Part shown: positions 39,761 through 49,405 of the stretch, in pieces | How positions within the stretch are numbered: position 1 is the stretch's first letter | Layout: every line of letters starts with the position of its first letter | Origin: Malacoraja senta | Lineage: Eukaryota | NCBI GenBank assembly: GCA_038087875.1 | Contig: CM075988.1 | Span: 7,008,001 to 7,072,000, forward strand | Reading direction: 5' to 3' | DNA: 64,000 nucleotides | The notes under the pieces: generated by a model | Seen by the model: the letters and a program-made list of their open reading frames with translations, nothing else | The model's database searches: none | Told to the model about the DNA's origin: nothing | Program-made: the position numbers and the translations under genes

Positions 39761-40365
39761 ATGTCTACTTTGTTTTAAAAGCTGTTGGACTAGCAACGTA
39801 ATTTGTGTTTTCATTTGTTTACCTGCATTATCTTTTTTTGCTATGTCAATCTGTTGTTAAACTCTTTAAGGTTCTGGAGGATGCTGCTAAGTAGTGCTCA
39901 TCTGTTTAAGACTGTTCATTGGCCCTTGATAAACCATTTCCTTATGACAGAAACTCAACCTCTAGCCAAAGATGCACAGTAGAATCTATATTACTAAAAG
40001 TCTGATCTTGACCACTTCCTGATTGATTTTAGAAAAAACGCGGCCACTTACGGCTGTGATTTTTGGCCATCTTACTCAGAGTCCCCCTCCGCTGTGCAGG
40101 ACAAGAGGATTTTTCCCATCGATGAAAAAATAAAAGAGTTATTCATGTTTAAAAAAGTGTGAGATTCTCTCTCCTGAAGGCCACGCCCCTTCCGGAGGGA
40201 CTATAAAACCCGGAAGTGTTGAGTGCCTCAGTCAGTCTATGCAAGATGGGGGAGCGACAGGGTCACGTCTCTCAGTCTGAGCTGTGAATAACACTGAACA
40301 CATGTCTACTAAACTGTGAGTGTGGTTTTGAGTGCCCTTAATGTGGTTTGAAAATGAAAATGTGT

Positions 40366-40877
40366 TTGGTTTGAAATAAAGCACAGCAAATGGTTGTTGG
40401 TGGTGGTTGGTTTGAAATAAAGCACTGCAAATGGTTGTTGATGGTGGTTGGTTTGAAATAAAGCACTGCAAATGGTTGTTGGTGGTGGTTGGTTTGAAAT
40501 AAAGCACGACAAATGGTTGTTGGTGGTGGTTGGTTTGAAATAAAGCACTGCAAATGGTTGTTGGTGGTGGTTGCTTTGAAATAAAGCACTGCAAATGGTT
40601 GGTGGTGGTTGGTTTGAAATAAAGCACTGCAAATGGTTGTTGATGGTGGTTGGTTTGAAATAAAGCACTGCAAATGGTTGTTGGTGGTGGTGGTGGGTTT
40701 GAAATAAAGCACTGCCAATGGTTGTTGGCGGTGGTTGGTTTGAAATAAAGTACTGCAAATGGTTGTTGGCGGTGGTTAGTTTGAAATAGAGCACTGCAAA
40801 TGGTTGTTGGTGGTGGTTGTTTTGAAATAAAGCACTGCAAATGGTTGTTGGTGGTGGTTGGTTTGAAATAAAGCACA
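40366..40877. repeat. 41-bp minisatellite, about 12.5 copies
   Basis: Unit TTTGAAATAAAGCACTGCAAATGGTTGTTGGTGGTGGTTGG. Confidence 0.95.
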
Positions 40878-41266
40878 TGATTAAAAGTCTAAACTTGACA
40901 ACTTCCTGTTTGCACTGTATTTTTTTTTTTAGATAAAACGCTACCACTTACGGCTGTGATTTTTGGCCATCTTACTCAGTCCCCCTTCGCTCATCAGGTG
41001 CAGAGGATTCTTCCCATCAATGAAAAATAAAAGTGTTATTAGTGTTTAAAAAATGTTGAGAATCTCTCTCCTGTCAATCACGCCATGATGGCCATGCCCC
41101 TTCCAGTGGGAGGGGGAGGGATTACAAAACCCGGAAGTGTGGGTGTGGCTTAGTCTCTGCAAGATGGGGGAGGGAGAGGTCACGACTGTCTGAGCTGTGA
41201 ATCAACTGAACACACTGAATGTCTACTGAACTATGTGTGGTGTTTTGTGTGGTTTTATGGGAGTTT

Positions 41267-41949
41267 CACCCTGCTTGAAATGGTATGAAACTGCATTTGA
41301 ATGTGGTGGCCTTGCACCTTGCATGCAATGGTATGAAACTCCACTTGAATTTGGTGGCCTTGCACCCTGCTTGAAATGGCATGAAACAGCACTAGCATTT
41401 GGTGGCCTTGCACCCTGCTTGAAGTGGCATGAAACTGCACTTGAGTTTGGTCCTGCATCCTGCTTGAAGTGGCAGGAAACTGCATGAGTTTGTTGGCCCT
41501 GCACCCTGCTTGAAGTGGTAGGAAACTGCACTTGAGTTTGGTGGCTTTGCACCTGCTTGAAGTGGTAGGAAACTGCACTTGAATTTGGTGGCCTTGCACC
41601 CTACTTGAAGTGGTACGACACTGCATTTGAATTTGGTGGCCTTGCACCCTGCTTAAAGTGGTCGGAAACTGCACTTGAATCTGGTGGCCTTGCACCCTGC
41701 TTGAAATGGTATGAAACTGCATTTGAATTTGGTTGCCTTGCACCCTGCTTGAAATGGTATGAAACTGCACTTGAATTTGGTGGCCTTGCACCCTGCTTGA
41801 AATGATATGAAACTGCACTTGAATTCATTGGCCTTGCACCCTGCTTGAAGTGGTATGAAACTGCACTTGAATTTGGTGACCTTGCACCCTGCTTGAAGTG
41901 GTAGGAAACTGCATTTGAATTTGGTGGCCTTGCACCCTGCTTGAAATGG
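41267..41949. repeat. 48-bp minisatellite, about 14 copies
   Basis: Unit CACCCTGCTTGAAGTGGTATGAAACTGCACTTGAATTTGGTGGCCTTG. Confidence 0.95.
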
Positions 41950-42367
41950 AAATTCAAGGAATAACCATGAGTCAACTGCCAGCCCACCAGCCGTGAGTGA
42001 GCTGCCAGCACATCAGGCTTGAGTGACTGAGCTGCTGCCACCCCATGAATCCATTTGGCCCACAATGTCCATACTAGCCCTCTGGAAACAAGTCACTTCA
42101 GCCCACAACACCCATACTAGCTCCAGAAAGCCCCCCCCCACTGGCCACCAATATTGGAATTGGTGGAGAGGTGGAATATTGCGTTGGGGGACCAGCCCTC
42201 CCGTGTGAACATGGGACCCAACGGGTCCCACTTAGTCTAGTTAAATATATAAACTAAATTCAGGCAAGATTAACCTGCCAATGTATCCATATGATCCATA
42301 ATAATAGATCATTGAATTTCAGGCTGCGTGTATTTGCTGTTTTGACCGCATTTTAAATTTGTTGCAG

Positions 42368-42516
42368 ATATATAGAAGCCTTAAGAGCACAGATGATGGA
42401 AAAGATTAAATTGCAGAATAATGATCTGCCACCACTCTGCTGCTGTGGATCTGATTTTTGGGATTCGCATCCAGACAAGTGCGCAAATAATTGTGTCTTC
42501 TACAAAAATCCAAAAG
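42368..42516 (+). CDS. CCDC15: CCDC15 coding exon 9
   Basis: gcag| YIEALRAQMMEKIKLQNNDLPPLCCCGSDFWDSHPDKCANNCVFYKNPK |gtatgc; hallmark Cys-rich motif; phase 2-1. Confidence 0.96.
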
Positions 42517-42729
42517 GTATGCCTTAAAACTAAATGCTAATATGGAACAATATTTTTCTAATGAATACTCAGGAACATTTGATAATTGATAGCTGCCTCA
42601 ACTTACTTCATCAGAAGGTTGTGAGGCAGATTGATGATGATTTCTGCAAAATATATGCTCATGTCGGTTAGATGTATCAGTACCTTCTGAACCTTGTAGT
42701 CGGCAGGGCAGTACTCTGCATATCGCCAA

Positions 42730-42948
42730 CTTGGACAATTTTACATTTTTATCAAGCCAATTAATCAAGCCTGTACGTCTTTGGAGTGTGGGAGGAAACC
42801 GAAGATCTTGGAGAAAACCGACGCAGGTCACGGGGAGAACGTACAAACTCCGTACAGACAGCGCCGTAGTCGGGATCGAACCTGAGTCTCTGGTGCTGCA
42901 TTTTGCTGTAAGGCAGCAACTCTACCGCTGCGCCACCATGGCTGCCCA
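42730..42948 (-). mobile_element. HE1-type V-SINE (3'-truncated)
   Basis: Reverse complement reads GGTGGCGCAGCGGTAGAGTTGCTGCC...GGTTCGATCCCGACTAC. Confidence 0.8.
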
Positions 42949-44026
42949 GTAGTAACTGTACTATCTGTCTCCACTACTTTGGCAGCTGGTTGCAAATATT
43001 CACCACCCTTATTTGACAACTTACCCCTCGGACCTACTCTACATTTCACTCCTCCCACCGTCAAACTTAACTTTGTCGATCAAATTTGGACCATAATTTT
43101 CAATAAATGGATTCTAGCCAAAACAGTGAGGCTCAATTGAGATCTACAGTACTGGAACCCAATTAATTTCACAACATGTATGATGTATCACAATACAAAG
43201 CTAAGCAGTAATAACTATAATAAATTTGACACTTATAATCAACCAAAATGACTTCAGTCATTGGGATTGCAGCCGTGTACATGGCACTCCAACAATGACT
43301 GAGTTTCTATTTGTGTATTCATTGATCAAGATTATAGCTTTATTTTGCTAAAATAAATTCAACACCAATTTTTTAAAATGTTAAAGTCTCAATTAATTAA
43401 AGCTATCCCCTTTATTAATGGATAAGAATATACATCTGCTATGTCAGATAATAAACATTGTGATTTCCTGTGAAATACTCTGGATTTTTCCTTTAGGTTA
43501 TATTACTAACTCTTATTGGATTTGACAAGTGTCTTGATTTTAGCACGTTAATTTTCTGCAACACTTTGTGCTACACTTTACTTGACTGTTTTGAAAGCTT
43601 GAAAATTGCTCAAATCTTTGTGCTGAACATTTCCAACAGTCGAAGCTTTAGGGTTTCATACAATGCCACTCGAGCAGATGCAGGCCTAATTTTCCCACAG
43701 ATAACGTGGAATGCTTCACTGTTTTATTACGGTAATAAATAAATTCTGCTTAAAATTAATTAAAGCATTAAAAAAATGTAAACATAGTTGTTCTGAAAAG
43801 GCTGTTTTTAGAAACACATGTCATTGAGATCTATGGCCTTGGTGCACAAATTACAGGGTTAGCAATCACTGCAGGCTTCAGAGAACAATAATTCACAATT
43901 TGCCTTTTGTACAATTTGGGTCCAGTTTCAGCCAGTTGATAATTGTGTAATCAAACCAAACTGAAAGATGGGCTTCACTAAATCTGTACCAAATGTTCCT
44001 CTCCATTTTCCCTTCTTTTTCCACAG

Positions 44027-44145
44027 TGTACGCCAGAGCACTACAGTCTGTGTTATGCTCATATGATGCTTGGGACGGACACTACAGAAATCGTGCTTCA
44101 CTGAAAAAGTTTGCATTGATGAATGTATGTCAAACCAAGAAGTAA
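44027..44145 (+). CDS. CCDC15: CCDC15 last coding exon (10)
   Basis: Long pyrimidine tract, ccacag| (V)YARALQSVLCSYDAWDG...CQTKK* ; resembles the recalled human AYTRALHSFINSCD. Confidence 0.92.
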
Positions 44146-44426
44146 TTCACCTGCTTTGGGAAACTAAATTCAGTCCATCGATAAATTTTCACTGAAAGAC
44201 TCAATCTGTAAGGTGTGATTAGAAAATATGTGAGTGTTTTTATTTTCTTAACGACTGATGTTTGATAAACTATTTATAGTGTTTTTTGTATGAGAAACTG
44301 ATTTTTAAAAGATATTTAATCATTTTTTCAGAATTTTCCAATTGAGCTTAAAGTTTGATAACTTTGAAAAGTATCTTCATTGGAGACCATTTTAACGAGA
44401 ATGATGGTGTGTAAACATAGAATAAC

Positions 44427-44676
44427 AATAAAGGATCACCTCAAAACATGTTTCATTATTTCATGTTTCACAACTATATGTTACTTCAATCCCCGCCCTG
44501 TCACCTCCAGCTCTCACTGTGCCCTGCAAAGGGAGTTCCAAACAGAGATATGCTTTTGAGAAAATAAATAATCATGACGCATGTCACTGGATAAATTTCA
44601 TATTTGTTATAGGTTACCGTTGAGTTTTTTGCTACGTGTTTGATTTGAATAAAAAAGATAGAATAATTGCATTAAA
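44427..44676 (+). terminator. Candidate CCDC15 polyadenylation signals
   Basis: AATAAA at 44427, 44563 and 44648; ATTAAA at 44671. Which one is used cannot be determined from sequence. Confidence 0.45.
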
Positions 44677-44690
44677 AAGTTATATGGTTA

Positions 44691-46554
44691 TGTAGAGAGT
44701 CCAAACGTCGTGTACAAATGTTTTTATTAAGACATTACAGGTTTGGCATACATGTGAGTTTGGTACACTCTAACATAAAGTCATTGTTGCTGCTGTTGAG
44801 CGAGGTTGTTGACTCGCGATCTCGAGCTAAGTTTCTGCAAGTGGCTTGACTACCAGGTGGCACCACATGACCCCTCCCCAGAACCGGAGGAATGAAAACG
44901 AGCATCAGACGAAACGCGGCGGCCTGAACTCGTAAATACAACTGAAACACAACCGTCAAAGATGAGAGCGGGAGGCTGGGTCCCCTGTACAGGCTGACCA
45001 ATGTCCCAAATGAGCGGGCTGAAGACAAGCCACCCATGTCGAGCACAAAAGTCACATTAAGTAGACACACAGGCAGTCCTTGAGGGCAGAAGCGGGCGGG
45101 ACGGCGAAACAGAAAAGAGCAAGCCCACCTTCATCCGGAAGGTCGAGGGCAGCTCCTGCTGTGCGTCTGTGGGAACCCAGGCCATGGGTCGAGATTGTGA
45201 GGCCCGCGGGTGCAGTCTGCGCTCCAGCTGTGGGCCAACCTGGCAGCGGCTGGGAGGCGACAGCAACAATGAAAGAACAAGGAAAAACAACAGGAGTGGA
45301 AAATGAAAAAAAAACTGTGCAGACACCAGACGTCCGGATGGGGCTGCCATTGATGGCCGTTAGAGAAAGACCTGGCAGCCCGGAACGAGCGTCGACCCCC
45401 CCCCATCGGGGCAAATTGCTCACCGCTGCTCCCGTGTCAACAAAGGAACGCCTCGGAATGCCGGTCTCCAACGTAGAGGCGATGTTGCTGGCCGGCTGAG
45501 GCGTTTCCTGGATGCTTGCAGGTCGGTCGGCCTCGACGGGCCTCGGAACCCACTGCTGGAGGTAGGATCACCACGTCACTCAAGACCGGCCGCGCTGCCG
45601 TTCCCTCGGTGAAAACAGGAACCGGCGGCCATGGGTCAGGACCGTGGGGCCCGCGGGCGCAGTCGGCACTGCCTGTAGGCTGTCCCGACCGTGGGCCATG
45701 GAATCCATCGCGGTCCTGCTGACTCATGACTGACCGAGGCTCAACCCTGTTGCTGGGCCGGCCACAGCTCGACGTACGGACAGCCAGCGGATGGGGATTA
45801 TCGAAATCATCACCGGCAAGGAGCAGGCGGACGTCATTGGGCCTCCACTCTAGGTAAACCTGCTCGATCGGGAGGCAGGGCCGGCGGTCGTCAATCAAGA
45901 TCTGGATCGCGCCTATCGACCCGGACGGCCTGCGATCGCCGAGACCAGTCATAGGCAGGAGTCGAGCGGCCCGATCGCAGCGGTGGAGCCCAAAGGTATG
46001 TTACAGGAGCGCGTTGAGGCCGTTGTCGGCGACATATTGTTACAGCACGGAGTTGACGGCTGTAACTATAGCGCAAAATCACTGTAGAGCTGGGCTGTCG
46101 GCTGCGGACAGCGAGAAATCTAAAATATCGTTTTGGAACGTCGGGTCACCACTGTAGAGAGTCCAAACGTCGTGTACAAACGTTGTTTTAATTAAGACAT
46201 TGCAGGTTTGGCATACATGCGAGTTTAACATAAAGTCTTCTTGCGTATGGCGTGCACAGCCTAAAGTTGTAGGACAACTTGTTCTATTTGATTGTGCACG
46301 CCAGGTTGATTGCATTCGTCGAAACAGGGCAGACCACCTGAAGATTGCAATCTCCCACCCCAACATAAAGTCATTGTTGCTGCTATTGAGCGAGGTTGTT
46401 GACACACGATCTCAAGCTAAGTTTCTGCTGTTGTTGTAGGACACACCTCTAAACTCATGATGTTCTCTTCCCGCCAAACGCAGTCATGTGACCGTTCCAG
46501 TTCTGGTGGTGAGGGTTCGATCAGTAAGTGGCTTGACCACCAGGTGGTGCCACA
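44691..46554 (-). mobile_element. Internally deleted Gypsy LTR retrotransposon with both LTRs
   Basis: LTRs 44691-44867 and 46153-46554 (TG..CA). GTTA TSD on both sides. tRNA-Trp-like PBS at 46151-46138 (TGGTGACCCGACGT). PPT GGGGAGGGG at 44879-44871. Gag, protease (FVDTGAAVS) and integrase C-terminal (TFVLDMGG) remnants. Confidence 0.92.
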
Positions 46555-46995
46555 GTTAACTATTTTCCACAATTTGCCCTTCCACAAGTGCAAACATACA
46601 TTTAGTTTTGACACTACAACTTGTGGAAAAAGTGTTATCAGCCACAGTTTAGCAATTAATAAAGCATTCAAACTAATGATGTGAAATTGAAATCAGGTGA
46701 ATTAAAATCAGCAAATTAAGATGACCACAGCTGTTCCATTATTGTGATGACTTTGGCCTTATTCATATTTGTTTTATTTGTGTGTGCCCTCTTTAAATAA
46801 AAATGCTGACTTGAAATGAATTGTTTTTTCATGTCTAATAGTCTAACCAATAAATAAAATCAATTGAGTAATGCATACACTACTGTTTTAATTTGCGCTG
46901 CTAATTTCAAGTTTAATAATTTGTGAATATTTTGGTGTATATATATAATATATATATACATTTTTTAATTAATTTTATTTAAACATTATATATAC

Positions 46996-47242
46996 ATGGT
47001 TCAAACCTGACTACGGGTGCTGTCTATATGGAATTTGTCCGTTATCCCTATGACTGCGTGAGTTTTCTCCGGGTGCTCTGGTTTCCTCCCACACTAAAGT
47101 CGAAAGATGTTTAGGTTAATTTGGCTTTGGTTAAAAAAATATATAACTTGTCCCTAGTGTGTAGGATAGTGCTAATGTACGGGGATCACTGGTCAGCGTG
47201 GTCTCGGTGGACCGAAGTGCCTGTTTCTGCGTTGTATCTAAA
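46996..47242 (+). mobile_element. HE1-type V-SINE (5'-truncated)
   Basis: Homologous to 9205-9508 from the B box onward. Confidence 0.75.
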
Positions 47243-48303
47243 AATAATGCAGGAGAAATGGTCAGAGATGCGAAGCAGAGATTGCTATGTCAGTCATATT
47301 GAGCACCTCAATGCATATACCCTGAATAAACATAGGGACTTATTAAATATACCTTGTCTATTGTGACCATGTATTCTTTGAACCCTAGAAGTTTATTATT
47401 TCCCCCCACATCTGTGAATAGCACAGGATAAGGGTACATTTGAAAAGAAATGGTAAAAAAATAATTGATAATTAATATGGTGCTAAAACAACTTAAAAGA
47501 TCCAAGTAGCTGCTTTTGTCCTAAATTTTGCCTACACTCAATTATCTCCAAAAACAGATACAAAAATCATTCATTAGGAATATTTAATATTTGAATTATT
47601 TCTGCTCTAAATGGTACAAACCAATTCTATGTAAGGGGGTGAATACTGTTGATTATTGCACAATATATATTGTACTTTGGCTATATATTGTAAAAACAAA
47701 CCTATTCTTCCAAAAGAGTTTGACTATAAATGTTGGATAATTTCCTTCCTTAATCTTTGGGGAAGAGGTTCGGGTGAGTAAATTTGTCAAAAAAAGAATC
47801 TTGTCGCAATTGATATTTTTAGTCTCAACAATGGTTTATTCAACATTGTTAAAGAATAAAAACAGAAATAGTCAGGCAGCATCTGTGGAAAGAAAAGGCA
47901 AATATTTGGGATGATTTCTGCATAAGGGTCCCGGTCATGAAAAGTTAATTTTCTCTTTCTACAAATACTTATCGACCTGCTTTTGTTTTTATTTCATCTT
48001 TACAGCATCTTTATTTAATTTTCATTGTGTCAATTGGTTAGGTTATGAAAATGACTCTGTGATAAATGATCAGGCAAGATATTATTGAAAGTTAGACATG
48101 GTCTGAATGGCCTGATTGTACTTATCAGACCAAGCATTAGAAAATGATAATTCAGGTGTTATTTTTAGATGAACTAATCTAATGAGTTCTACCCCTGCTT
48201 ACTTGATTTCCTCCTGCTTGATTCTACACTACTTTTCCCCTTGTACCTCGCTCAGGGCAATGTTGCACTTTGGGAGGTTGACTGCAAGGGGAAAGTATAT
48301 ACA

Positions 48304-49405
48304 CTTCTTGCGTTTGAGGCAGCAGAAGTTATGTGACGCCCTCCAGGCGCTGTAGCCAGTTCACTGTGCTGTTGTCGAGGGCCGTGAGGTCTACCCCTCC
48401 ACCAGGGGGGCTGAGGACAGCGCAGTCAAAAATGACATGCTGTGCTGTTTGCTGGTCTGCTCCACACACGCAGGCTGATGATGAACGCAGCCCCCAATGA
48501 TGCATGTTGGCGTTGAACCGGCCGACCCCTGTACGGAGCCGGTTCAGGGCGACCCACTCTTTTCGTGGCTGGTCCGAGCCAGGTGGGCTGTGGTGTTCGG
48601 TGCAACTGTGAATTGAGGAGGTCGCGAAGTCTGTTCCCAGCTGGTTCTCCATGCTCCTAGTGTGTTGAAAGCGTCGCTGCGTGACGGGAGAAGGGGCGAC
48701 GAGATTACATGCGTTGAGGTCCCAGTTGCTGTGAGTTCGGGGCAAGGTGGTGCAAAGGATGTTTGGCGTTTGATGGGGCCTTGCACACCAGCCTGTGGGT
48801 GAAGTACTCTCTGCGAAGCTTGGCGGGTGCGATACCTGCGAGCACCGGAAGAAGATCCGTCAGAGTAGGCCGGAAGCAACCGGTGATGATCCGCATGGTG
48901 TCGTTAAGGATGGCGTCTAGCTTGCTAACATGAGCGCTGTGGCACCATGCTGGGGCGGCGTACTCAGCGACGCTGTACACGAGTGCAAGAGCACTGGTTA
49001 AGTATATTAGGGCTCCTGTTGTCAGAGCCCTGTCATCTGACCTCAGTCAGGCGAACAACAACAAACAGACAGCAGCAGAAATAACAACGAACAGCAACAG
49101 CTTGCAGCTCTAATGCAACCTCAGTCGCCGCAGTTGGGCGCCAACCAGGAGCATGCGCCCTTTTTAGGGGGGGGGCACCTACAGATGTCGAACCGGATGG
49201 CATCACCCTGCTGCAGCTGAATGCAGAAGGCCTCACCAACGACAAGATCACCGTCATTGAACATCTGCTACAGACCCACAAAGTCATTGCAATCCTGCTC
49301 CAAGAGACTCACAAATGGGATAGCTCCCATCTGAAGATCCCTGGTTATACCCTGGCTGCCTACACAGAGCGACACCCACGGGATTGCCACTTTTGTAAGG
49401 AACAC
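48304..49405 (-). mobile_element. Vingi-type (Ingi-related) LINE insertion with inverted 5' segment, inside a CR1 fragment
   Basis: Minus 3' part: LVYSVAEYAAPAW, WVALNRLRTGVGRF, CVCG..QTAQHVIFDC, GAAG tail. Plus 5' part: LQLNAEGL..ILLQETH (APE N-terminus). TSD AAGTATATACA at 48293-48303 and 49406-49416. Confidence 0.85.

Larger units (their letters stand above)
39985..42240 (+). mobile_element. Non-autonomous Helitron
   Basis: 5' end A|TC (TCTATATTACT). 3' hairpin TGGGACCC-AAC-GGGTCCCA (42212-42230), then CTAG|T. No TSD. Internal duplication (about 40010-40335 vs 40900-41255) and two minisatellites. Confidence 0.9.

Noticed and set aside
40232..42065. Long repetitive ORFs (214, 212, 187 and 154 aa) and a CRISPR-like periodic look
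   Set aside because: They are translations of 41-bp and 48-bp minisatellites. There are no unique spacers and no cas genes, and the context is vertebrate.
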